DNA of 64,000 bases from Spirochaetales bacterium. GTDB lineage: Bacteria > Spirochaetota > Spirochaetia > SZUA-6. The stretch covers positions 537 to 64,536 of the forward strand of contig JALUUM010000009.1 in assembly GCA_027021365.1 (NCBI GenBank), in the 5' to 3' direction. The position numbers and the translations under genes were made by a program. Positions within the stretch are counted from its first letter, which is position 1; each line of letters starts with the position of its first letter. Shown one piece after another: positions 19,154 through 28,849 of the stretch. The notes below the pieces were generated by a model that had not been told where the DNA came from, did no database searches, and saw only the letters and a program-made list of their open reading frames with translations.

Positions 19154-21220
19154 CTACCCCCAGAATGATTTTAACATAGGTGCTATGACCAGTGAAACCA
19201 CCGACATCAGCTTTATCAGAATATTCAAGGATGGTCCGGCGGTATCCTTAAAGGGATCGCCCACCGTATCTCCAACGATCGATGCCTTGTGAGCGGGAGA
19301 ACCCTTTCCGCCGGCCTCGCCCGATTCTATCATCTTCTTGGCATTGTCCCATGCACCCCCCGAGTTCGAGAGAAAGATGGCAAGAATTACTCCGGATGCC
19401 GTTACTCCGGTAAGAAGCCCAACCAACATCTCTATTCCGCCAATGAAACCGACAAGCACGGGCGTGGTAGCGGCAATCAAGCCGGGAAGCAGCATCTGCC
19501 TTAAGGCTGCGGCAGTACTTATGTCTATACACCTCTTGTAGTCCGGTGTTTCGGTGTCCTCCAGGATTCCCGGTTTCTCCTGGAACTGCCTTCTAACCTC
19601 TTCCACCATCTTGTATGCCGCCTTGCCTACCGCATCGAGGGCAAGGGACGAGAAGAGGTAGGGTATCACCGCTCCCAGTAGTAGGCCGACGAGCACGGGA
19701 ACATCGGTTACATTGATACGCACCGCCCCTGCCTCGGATTCGAAAGATGAGAAGAGTATTATTGCCGTAAGGGCAGCAGAGCCTATTGCGAATCCCTTAC
19801 CGATAGCAGCGGTCGTATTTCCCACGGCATCGAGCCTGTCCGTTATCTCTCGTACTTCAGCGGGGAAATCTGCCATCACTGCAAGGCCTCCCGCATTGTC
19901 AGCTATCGGGCCATAGGCATCCACTGCAAGCTGTATACCCAGGGTCACAAGCATGCCGAGGGCTGCAATTCCTATTCCATACATTCCCGCAATGGCAAAG
20001 CTTCCATAGATTGCCGTTCCTATTACGATTATCACGGGAAAGCTGGAGAGCATTCCCACACCGACACCGGTAATTATGTTGGTAGCAGCACCGGTAAGAG
20101 TCGATTTCACTATGCTCTTTACGGGTACCGTCCCGGTTCCCGTAAAGAACTCGGTAATACTTCCTATCAGCACTCCTGCCGCAAGCCCGAAGAGGGATGC
20201 GAAGAATATATTCAGGTAACCGGCATCTCCGTTGAAGAGCGAATCACCTATGTAGAAACGAAGAACGAAGAAAGAAAATATCGCTGCAAGGATCGCAGCC
20301 CCGAAGGTGCCGATATTCAGGGCCCTCTGCGGGTTTCCCTTGGGTTTTACCCTTACAAGAAGAATACCAATTGCAGAGGCGACGACACCAGTGGATGCAA
20401 GGATAAGGGGAAGCCCGATAAGTTTCAGCTTTACAACATCCGTTGCATTTACCGTGAGGCCGAGGATCATTCCTCCGATTACAGAGCCGACGAAAGACTC
20501 GAAGAGGTCGGCACCCATGCCGGCAACATCACCGACATTGTCGCCCACGTTGTCTGCAATCGTGGCGGGGTTTCTGGGATCATCCTCCGGAATGTCAGCC
20601 TCCACCTTCCCAACGAGGTCAGCGCCAACGTCTGCCGCTTTTGTGTAAATTCCGCCGCCAACCCTCGAAAATAGGGCAATGGAAGAGGCTCCCAGGGAAA
20701 AACCTGCAAGTACCGGAAGAACTGTCATGTCCAGATCTGCAAGCCCTGAACCGGCAATGTTTGTCATTAGCAGAACAACGAGGGATATTCCCACCAGTGC
20801 CAGTCCCACCACGCTCATACCCATAACCGTTCCGCCGGAAAAGGCTACTTTCAATGCTCCGGAAAGACCTTTCCTTGCTGCATGGGTCGTTCTGAAATTG
20901 GATGCCGTTGCAACCCTCATCCCGATGAAACCTGCAAGTGCGGAACAGGTGGCTCCTGCTGTAAAGGCAACAGCCTGAAACTTTAAAAGGCCGGTATTTG
21001 CAAGACCAAGAAGGGCAGCAACAATAATAACAAAGGGGATGAGAACCTTGTACTCACGTCCCATGAAGGTTTTAGCTCCTTCTGCCACAAATCCGCCTAT
21101 TTGAAGAAGTTTTTCACCCTCCGCCGGCTGCCTGTAGATCCAAACACCCTTCAACAACGCAACAAAGAGTGCAAGAATTCCTCCGAGAAGGGTTATCAAA
21201 AGAATAATGCTCAAACCCAT
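19154..21220 (-). CDS. hppA: Membrane-bound, K+-dependent, probably Na+-translocating pyrophosphatase
   Basis: [51 protein letters not shown] and GDPFKDT motifs. Confidence 0.97.
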   Translation of the reverse strand: MGLSIILLITLLGGILALFVALLKGVWIYRQPAEGEKLLQIGGFVAEGAKTFMGREYKVLIPFVIIVAALLGLANTGLLKFQAVAFTAGATCSALAGFIGMRVATASNFRTTHAARKGLSGALKVAFSGGTVMGMSVVGLALVGISLVVLLMTNIAGSGLADLDMTVLPVLAGFSLGASSIALFSRVGGGIYTKAADVGADLVGKVEADIPEDDPRNPATIADNVGDNVGDVAGMGADLFESFVGSVIGGMILGLTVNATDVVKLKLIGLPLILASTGVVASAIGILLVRVKPKGNPQRALNIGTFGAAILAAIFSFFVLRFYIGDSLFNGDAGYLNIFFASLFGLAAGVLIGSITEFFTGTGTVPVKSIVKSTLTGAATNIITGVGVGMLSSFPVIIVIGTAIYGSFAIAGMYGIGIAALGMLVTLGIQLAVDAYGPIADNAGGLAVMADFPAEVREITDRLDAVGNTTAAIGKGFAIGSAALTAIILFSSFESEAGAVRINVTDVPVLVGLLLGAVIPYLFSSLALDAVGKAAYKMVEEVRRQFQEKPGILEDTETPDYKRCIDISTAAALRQMLLPGLIAATTPVLVGFIGGIEMLVGLLTGVTASGVILAIFLSNSGGAWDNAKKMIESGEAGGKGSPAHKASIVGDTVGDPFKDTAGPSLNILIKLMSVVSLVIAPMLKSFWG

Positions 21221-21339
21221 TTTCCACTCCTATTTAAATATAGAGTTGAAAAGCGTCAGTTTAACAACTTGTCACATTTTTTTCAAGTAATTTTTTTTGT
21301 TTCAAAGCCATTTGCGTTGTAGAGGTACTATATAAAAAA

Positions 21340-22793
21340 CTAATGTAGTTTTGAAAGACAGTAGTTTATTTTTTGCCTGACATTTGCAAAGTCAGAACCT
21401 TTAGTTGAGAGAGCCATATAAGTTTTATAATGACGAACAGCAGCAGCATATTTTTTTCTTCCAAAAGAACATTTCCCAGATGAAGATGCGCATCCGGGAA
21501 AGTAGGATACAGGGTAATCGTTTCTTTTAGTTTAGCTTCTGCACATCTTAATTCACTGGAATCCAAACACAGTAACGCTTTTGAATATGGAATAAAATAA
21601 AGTTTTGGGAAAATATTTTTAACCGATTGCATAAAAAGAGAAGCTTTATACCTATTATTTTTTCTTAACTCGATAATTCCTTTCATTACGGTATAGGCAT
21701 CTTTGCTTTTTTGGGTGCTATGTAAAACAACATTTTGCGAATAACTATCGATAATCATATTTACAAGACCTTCCGCTTCCTGTAGTTCAGGTTTTACTTC
21801 TATAACCTTTAACAATTTGTCGAAAGCTTCGAGTGGTTGATTAAGCCTTAACAAACTTTTAGCCATACCATAATATGTCCCTGCATTGTTTGGGTCATAC
21901 TTAAGTGATTTTTTATAGTTATCCAAGGCCTTATTTTCTTTGTATTCAAATCTGTATAAATCCCCAAAACCAAGATAACCAAGAGAATAATCCATCTTTT
22001 CATTTAAAAGAGCTTTAAAATAATCGGAAGCGGTATCATAATCTTTTAACTGTAAATAAAACTCGCCGGCATAGTAATAAGCGGGAGCATAAAAAGGATT
22101 CTCCATAATAAAGTTTTCTAACATATCCAGAATCTGCTCATATTTTTGACGGTTTCTCCTGTAACGTGGATCCCTTTCATGAAAGGGCAATGAGTTCCAC
22201 ATTTCCAAAGTACGCTTTATAACCTTATGACTTTCAAGGGAAATGGAGTTTTGTGTCTTCATAAATGGTACAGGCTGAGAAATAAGAAGTGCCGTTTTTT
22301 TATCAAGTTCCTCTTCGAATTTAAAAAGGTCATCAACTCTTCCCTCTACCGAACAAGCACCCTTTGCGGTACCCGTTTCTACGTCTATTGAGCGAAGATT
22401 TATTTTTATCACCTTGTTCTGGACAGCATAGCTTCCTGCAATAAGATACCTTGCAACACCAAAAGCTCCCAATTTTATCTCATTACCCTTGTCAGTCGAA
22501 CCGGAGGATGAAAGGTCTGCTAAGTCACTTAGTGAAAACTCAATCTCTTTTAACACATTATCAAGATATTTCCTTTCCACAACACGAACATTAGGAAGTC
22601 TGTTTAGAAACCCGGAAAGAGAATCTGTAAGATAATCACCAAGCCATTTATAAACAGGTATCCTCTGCGGATATTCAAAGGGGATTACTCCAACATTAAT
22701 TACCTTGGTATCCTCTTTAGTCTGAGAAAATACCAAATAAGGATTAATTAGAAAGAAAAAAAGTATTAATACATAAGGTTTTCTATATTTCAT
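21340..22793 (-). CDS. CsgG/FlgO(TolB_N)-like plus TPR exported protein, frameshifted near the 3' end
   Basis: VGVIPFE, RVVERKYLDNVLKEIEFS, INLRSIDVETG and multiple TPRs. Adding one A to the A7 run (21451-21457) continues the last TPR as KKYAAAVRHYKTYMAL... to TAG at 21340. Confidence 0.75.
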
Positions 22794-22806
22794 GGTCTAT
22801 AAAAAA

Positions 22807-23946
22807 CTAAAAAGCATATCCTCCTCCAATAGTTATCTTTTCTGGTAAAATGCCGAAATCAAATATTATTTTATTAATTGATGTTTGTAGTATAAAACCT
22901 GCCGGAAAACCAAATCCGATTCCAAAAGAGAAATCAGTTATATCTCCGAACCGAAGAATAGCATATCCCGAAGGCAATACTTCACCATAATCTGTTACAT
23001 AAACAAGTCCAAGACCCAAATCCAACCCCGTCTTTGTACCAATTGTAAGACCGCCTGTAAATGTAAGGCCAACTTCTCCGCTTGCAGAGGTCAAATCGAA
23101 CTTAACAGGGAAATACATACTTCTGCCTTTTTTTGTAATTTTTTTTCTTCAGAGTATACCGGAGTTGGTACAGAAGTTTCTGTGCTCTCGGCATTGTTAT
23201 TACTGTTAGAGCTCTGTGAAACAGATATATATGGTAAAAAGGGTCTTATCGCTGTACTTATTGCAGTATGGAATCCCCTCTCTCACCATGTATTCGTCGG
23301 TGTAAGTGAATTAAACAGATCAATCGTCGTTCCAACAACCACAGCACCTATGCCCATATAACTAACTATAGGCTGCTGTATCATTCCACCAAGAATACTT
23401 GCTCCAATACTGACAATCCCACTTCAACCGCTTGTGTATCCTACTTTTCCTACAGCATCAGCACGATGGAAAAAATATTCTCTTCCGGAGTATAAAACTG
23501 GTACGATAACCGTGGATAAATATTGCACAGTATTAAGTACAATAAAAAAATGGTATTGTTCTTACAGAAGTTCCATAGTAAGGCACTATAACAAGGTCCG
23601 AACTTTTTAACTGGCAGAATTTATTGAATTTATCTGCAGAAGACTGAGTGTCTTCCAGAAGAAGATCAGCTTTTTTTTCAGGTTCTACTGTTGTATTATA
23701 AGGTACGACATCAAATCCATAATCCCGTAGTATAGATGCAAGATAGTCCCAGTTTTTCTGCCTCTACATCTCCTCTTCCTGTAGTACTAGAGGAAGTCTG
23801 TTTGGTATTATTGCTATTCTTTTTATATGCAAGGAGGATTTGTGTACACTCTGGTCAAAGATCAATGTTATTTCCTGTGAAAATCCTGCAAAAGATACAA
23901 TAAATAAAAATAAAAGTGCGGCAATAAGGTGGTATTTTTTTATCAT
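22807..23946 (-). pseudogene. Degraded exported/outer-membrane protein gene
   Basis: A signal peptide and RIAIIPNRLP run through TAG (23764) into RQKNWDYL...GFDVV. Further TGA stops and frameshifts follow before the final beta-strand-rich segment 22807-23118, which ends GGGYAF. Confidence 0.7.
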
Positions 23947-24013
23947 TTTATTTAAGCCTCTTTCGGAAAGTAAAAAGAGCCAATTTCATTTTGAAATTGG
24001 CTCAAATAAAAAA

Positions 24014-24622
24014 TTACTTCTTTAACAAGACAACGTCTTTATTAGGTATCCAATAAGATATGCCTATATGAGTTCGAAAACTCATACTTATGTTGTCTGT
24101 ATCAAAACCTGTTCCTTCATATATTGGAATGAAGAATGAGGGAGCAATACTTACATACGGTGCAATAGTTTCTGTGATAAAGTAAAAGGCTCGAACCCCG
24201 GGATGCAATACAAAATATATGTCAGAATTTGAATTGCAAGATGGGCTCAAGCTGAAACTGAAGGCCGGTACCAGCCCACTTTTTGCCTTTGGATCTTGGA
24301 GGAAATAATAACTAAAACCGGTATTAAATCCTGCACTCCAGTAATTACTATTGTCGGAAAAATGCTTTTCAAAATAGAAATTGGGTTGTACCCATATTGC
24401 AAGCTTATCAATTAAAAGAAACCCAACCTCAGGATATAAATTCATACTAAAATAATTTAGCTGATTGTTTTCAGCAAAAATGTTGCCTCCATCAAGATAG
24501 AAACTAAGTCCACCCAAGAATCGATAGCCTGCTGCTTTAAAGTTATCCCCAAGATCAGCAAACACAAAGCCTGTTAACACAATAAATAAAAAAAACATGA
24601 TCGCTAGTTTTTTTACAAACAT
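24014..24622 (-). CDS. Outer-membrane beta-barrel protein
   Basis: Signal peptide, GGAGG RBS and aromatic amphipathic strands (PEVGFLLIDKLAI, GFSYYF, GVRAFYF, HIGISYW). Confidence 0.7.
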   Translation of the reverse strand: MFVKKLAIMFFLFIVLTGFVFADLGDNFKAAGYRFLGGLSFYLDGGNIFAENNQLNYFSMNLYPEVGFLLIDKLAIWVQPNFYFEKHFSDNSNYWSAGFNTGFSYYFLQDPKAKSGLVPAFSFSLSPSCNSNSDIYFVLHPGVRAFYFITETIAPYVSIAPSFFIPIYEGTGFDTDNISMSFRTHIGISYWIPNKDVVLLKK

Positions 24623-24771
24623 AAAAAAACCTCCTTAAGAATTATTTAGCATCAATAATACTATTTTTAATGTGATATTAATTACTTTATGCTATAACAA
24701 AATTAGTTTTTTGTCAATAATAAATTGTTTAGGTTTCAGTCATTTTTCCGGCGGCTGTTTATAATAGTGAT

Positions 24772-25671
24772 TTAATCGTCTAGAAATTTATTTATAAGCT
24801 GGAGCCTGTTTTTTATACCGAGTTTCTGATAAATATGGTAAACATGGTTCTTGACTGTTTTTTGGGAAATATAAAGATTCTCAGCTATCTGCTTGTTGCT
24901 TAAGCCTTTGATTAAAAGGTTTATTATTTCCTGCTCTCTCTGTGAAATATCGGTGGTTTTTGCAACTTCTCCAACGAGCATGAGGCTTGTGTTTCTCTTA
25001 TTGTTAAAAAGGTATTTTGCACCGTAGGATAAAGCTATGATTGCGGAAACAAACAAAAATAGGGTGTTAAAATGTGGTAAGTTTAAAAGCATGTTATCCG
25101 GGAAGAAGAGCGGACCACCTATCCTGTGAACCACAATAAGGGGGAGTATAGTAAATATCAAGATACTGAATGCAATCAATACTATTCGGGCATCTTTATG
25201 TTGTATCCTCTTGCTGTTTGCAAGAATCAGGTAAGCGGAATATATAAAAATTATTGTATACAGGATATCCCGTATAATTTCTGCAATACTAATATTGTAC
25301 ATATATTCGAGAATAACTGTGGAAAGTATGATTACCAGAATGGATATGTGTATGGTACGTTTAACCTTTGTAAAAGGAATATTGGTAACCCTATATATGA
25401 GAAGCGGCATAAAATAGAGCATAAGAAAACCGCTTATAATGATAAACAGGTAGTAATCCAAACTTGATGTTGAATACTGAAAATTTATTGCTGTATATCT
25501 ATAGAGACATATCATATAGGTAAGTAGATTTAAGAGTGCTCCTAAGAAAATTAAGCCGATATATATATAGAGATCGCTTTTGTATTTCTTTGCAAGCAGA
25601 AAAGCCAGTATGAAGATCGAAGATGCCAATATTAACGTTAAAATGTAAAAAGCAAATATTATATGTAACAT
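24772..25671 (-). CDS. Membrane-anchored LuxR-family transcriptional regulator
   Basis: About 7 hydrophobic segments followed by ISQREQEII..GLSNKQIAENLYISQKTVKNHVYHIYQKL. Confidence 0.9.
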   Translation of the reverse strand: MLHIIFAFYILTLILASSIFILAFLLAKKYKSDLYIYIGLIFLGALLNLLTYMICLYRYTAINFQYSTSSLDYYLFIIISGFLMLYFMPLLIYRVTNIPFTKVKRTIHISILVIILSTVILEYMYNISIAEIIRDILYTIIFIYSAYLILANSKRIQHKDARIVLIAFSILIFTILPLIVVHRIGGPLFFPDNMLLNLPHFNTLFLFVSAIIALSYGAKYLFNNKRNTSLMLVGEVAKTTDISQREQEIINLLIKGLSNKQIAENLYISQKTVKNHVYHIYQKLGIKNRLQLINKFLDD

Positions 25672-25838
25672 TTGTAATAATTCTATTCCAAATATTCACT
25701 GCATACAACTATAAATTGTAGTTAATTTGAGAAAAAAGTCCCATGCTTTTTTTGCAAATGTTACTTTTGTCTCATTTGTATATCTCGGTGCACCAGTATA
25801 ATTGTTATAATATAAAATAATAAAGGGGAAGAACTAGA

Positions 25839-26287
25839 TTGAGAAAGATTAAAAAGGTTTTTATGTAAACCTTGCATCACGACTGGAAGGTGTTAATAAG
25901 AAGTATGGTACGGATGTAATTATAAGTGCATTTAACCTTGACAGGATAGTAAAAGAATCAGGCGGCCCGGAAAAGATTCCCTTCGCTTTGAGGGAACTGG
26001 ATTCAATTCGTGTAAAGGGGAAAAGTGAACCTGTTTCTATTTTTGAACTCTACGATTTTAAAGAAAATACTGATAAGGCTGTAAACGAAGTTTTTGGTTT
26101 GTATGAAGAGGGACTAAAACATTACAGGCAAGGTTCGTGGGATAGCGCAATTTCCATATTTGAGAGGGTCCTTGAAATAATTACCAAAGATGGCCCGAGT
26201 AGAACACTCATTGAACGTTGCCGTTTATACAGGAATGAACCACCGCCCGCTGATTGGGATGGAGTTTTTGTTATGAAAACGAAGTAG
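25839..26287 (+). pseudogene. Internally deleted adenylate/guanylate cyclase (C-terminal part plus TPR)
   Basis: The start TTG-RKIKKVF is joined out of frame to VNLASRLEGVNKKYGTDVIIS...RELDSIRVKGK...WDGVFVMKTK. Most of the cyclase domain is missing. Confidence 0.85.
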
Positions 26288-26347
26288 CATCCTTTAATGG
26301 AAAGGCAGGATACTGCAATATATTTTTAGTTTGCATAGGAGGAATAA

Positions 26348-27019
26348 ATGCATAGTAGAAGAGCAATTTCAGGCGTTTTTCTGGTTTTACTGTTTCTGGC
26401 TCCGGGGCTTATGAGTGCTGAAGGATCTTCAGCAGATCTGGCTACTCTGGGTTTTGAAACTCCGAATTTTTCTCTGGGTGCTTCGTTTTTACCCGGACTG
26501 GCTAACTCATTCTTTGTTCCCGATTACTTGGGATATAAATTACAGCCTAAAGAGTATGAGAAATTTTCTGAAGTAATGCTATGGACAAAGATTGGTATGG
26601 GTATGTTTGCATTAAATACAGCGGCTTTAATAGTTACTACTGTTATTGATCCCCTTGTCGGGGGTATTGTATCCATACTCTCATTTGGAGGATGGACTCT
26701 TTCAACCGCTTTTATGGCGTTCAACTATCGGGATATTAATACCATGCTTACAAAGAGAGGTGAAGATAGTATTTTGCCAACCGTACCCGCGATTTCATCC
26801 CTCATAGCCTATGCTTTCGGTATGGGTACAATAACCGCGATAGGTTTATCATTTTCAGATTATACGGGGGTAGCAGAAGCGCTTGCCTATGTATGCTCTG
26901 CAGTTTCCAGCATAAGCGGAATTGTTGCTATTGTAAGTACTTTTACATATTCAAATAAAATAAATTACAAAGAGTATAAGGAACAACTTTCCAGCCTTTA
27001 CCATAAAAACCATTTTTAA
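26348..27019 (+). CDS. Hypothetical membrane protein with signal peptide
   Basis: AGGAGG RBS, signal peptide and about 4 hydrophobic helices. Confidence 0.75.
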   Translation: MHSRRAISGVFLVLLFLAPGLMSAEGSSADLATLGFETPNFSLGASFLPGLANSFFVPDYLGYKLQPKEYEKFSEVMLWTKIGMGMFALNTAALIVTTVIDPLVGGIVSILSFGGWTLSTAFMAFNYRDINTMLTKRGEDSILPTVPAISSLIAYAFGMGTITAIGLSFSDYTGVAEALAYVCSAVSSISGIVAIVSTFTYSNKINYKEYKEQLSSLYHKNHF

Positions 27020-27155
27020 AATTATACTCTAATTTGCAAGCTTCTTAATATGTCTGTCGGGATTATCAAGATGAGCGTAGAATTTAACCATCGTTAACCT
27101 CAATTGGCACGAAAGGCTGGAATTCTAAAAACCTATCGACTATTTTTCCCGCCAT

Positions 27156-27620
27156 TCAATCAAGGGGGTTTTCCACTCTGTAGTCCTCACCTTTTTTCTT
27201 CGTAAGGTCAACAAGCACGGTTTTTCCCTCGTATCCGTGAAGGTTGCATCTTGCTCTTACAAGTACCTCTTTAACTCCTTCAGGCATCTTTATGCCGCCG
27301 AGACTCCTGGTGAAGGGTTGTTCATTCTCGTGGGGATGGGCAAGTACCCTCTCTGCAATAACGCTGTTATCCTCAGGGTTCACAACCTGCCAGACATTGG
27401 CATAGTGGTCCCAGCCCTCATCGTTGTGCCTTACCGTTACTTCGAAGTACCAGACATCTCCCCTACCGCGAACTGCCTTTACAAAAACGACCTGTGCATA
27501 GTTCAGATCCGGGTTGAACTGCGGTTTTTCCTTTCCCGCATTTCCCTCTGCAAAACCAAATGAAAGAAACATGGTGATAATTATTCCTACTATAAAGATT
27601 TTTTTGATAGATATTATCAT
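27156..27620 (-). CDS. Exported His-rich protein with superoxide-reductase-like motifs
   Basis: Signal peptide, VRHNDEGWDHYANVW, LAHPHENEQPFTRS and ARCNLHG. Confidence 0.65.
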   Translation of the reverse strand: MIISIKKIFIVGIIITMFLSFGFAEGNAGKEKPQFNPDLNYAQVVFVKAVRGRGDVWYFEVTVRHNDEGWDHYANVWQVVNPEDNSVIAERVLAHPHENEQPFTRSLGGIKMPEGVKEVLVRARCNLHGYEGKTVLVDLTKKKGEDYRVENPLD

Positions 27621-27714
27621 GACTACAATAGTAATACTTGTACCTGGTAAATTCAAATAATAAAATAAATAAGGTAACTTGAAAAAGGCACTCTTCTATG
27701 GAATAATCCCTTCT

Positions 27715-28827
27715 ATGAAAATACTCAAAATCCTTTTGATACCGACTCTCATAGTAATATCCCTGATATTGGGTTCATGTATCAGCAAGGCACCCGAAGG
27801 GAACAAAGCTAAAACTGCGAAGAAACCCTTAAAATTGGAGATACCGGTGCTTGAACAGACCCCCTTAAAGCAGCTCGACCTTTCAAAGAACCCAAACTAC
27901 ACCCGCTTTGCAAAGTATGCAGAGGCAGGGCCTGTAATTCCCGGCTTGATGGAAGGCTCCGTACCCCAGGGTTTGGCATACCTAAAGGAAAAGGGCTGGC
28001 TTCTCATTTCCAGTTACATGAACAGGGCTCTTCCAAGCAATATAACAGCGGTGGACCTTAAAGATGGCAAACTTAAAAAGACAATCTGGCTTGCAGAGGA
28101 AGGGGGAGTACCCTTTACCGGCCATGTGGGCGGAATCTGTGTAAGCAAAAAGCATATATGGGTGGCATCGGGAAATGGCCTCCATGGCATCCTGATAGAG
28201 AATTTCCTGAAGGCAAAAGACAACTCCACATTGATATTTTCCACCGATTTCCCTACCGAGGTGCGGGCATCATTTGCAACCTCAACGGACGGCTATGTCT
28301 GGGTCGGCGAGTTCAGTTACTATCCCGACGGTATTGCAAGCCGATATTCCACTAAAAAGCTGCATCACCTTAAGGCTCCCGACGGCAAGAATCAATATGG
28401 ATGGGCTGTGGGATACAAGCTGGATGAAGAGACCGATATGCCCGTGTCTGCCCAACCGCAGTACGTTCTCTCCATAATGGACAAGGTTCAGGGAATGGCC
28501 TTCTATAGAGACTACATATTTTTAAGCACATCCTACGGGCGAAGTAATAACAGCAGGCTCCTTGTTCACAAGAATCCGATGATTGCTTTAAAAGACAAGC
28601 CGCATACCTACGTGGAACTTGGGGGAAAGAAGGTACCACTCTGGTTCATCTATTCTGGTAACCAGGCTAACGTACTAGTTACTCCCTCCATGATGGAGGG
28701 AATTACTATGGCAGAGGGAAAACTTGCACTTCTCTTTGAATCGGGTGCAGACAAGTACCGTTCAACCGGTATCTGGCCGCTCGACAAGATGTACCTTCTT
28801 GATATCGAGAGGTTCCTAAAAGAGTGA
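27715..28827 (+). CDS. Hypothetical beta-propeller-like lipoprotein
   Basis: Lipobox ILGSC; VPQGL, GHVGGI, KVQGM, STSYGR and PSMMEGI blade-like motifs. Confidence 0.7.
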   Translation: MKILKILLIPTLIVISLILGSCISKAPEGNKAKTAKKPLKLEIPVLEQTPLKQLDLSKNPNYTRFAKYAEAGPVIPGLMEGSVPQGLAYLKEKGWLLISSYMNRALPSNITAVDLKDGKLKKTIWLAEEGGVPFTGHVGGICVSKKHIWVASGNGLHGILIENFLKAKDNSTLIFSTDFPTEVRASFATSTDGYVWVGEFSYYPDGIASRYSTKKLHHLKAPDGKNQYGWAVGYKLDEETDMPVSAQPQYVLSIMDKVQGMAFYRDYIFLSTSYGRSNNSRLLVHKNPMIALKDKPHTYVELGGKKVPLWFIYSGNQANVLVTPSMMEGITMAEGKLALLFESGADKYRSTGIWPLDKMYLLDIERFLKE

Positions 28828-28849
28828 CTTCGAAGAGTGAGCTCGTTTT

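Noticed and set aside
21254-21286. Pho box upstream of hppA (TTAACA...GTCACA)
   Set aside because: The period is 10 bp rather than 11 and the orientation is opposite to the gene.
23260-23770. Stop-codon recoding (TGA=Trp/Sec or TAG=Pyl)
   Set aside because: Both TAG and TGA occur together with frameshifts, and neighbouring genes use TGA and TAG as normal stops; decay is the simpler explanation.
27104-27120. Sigma54 promoter (TGGCACG)
   Set aside because: There is no TTGC at the -12 position, and it lies between convergent gene ends.
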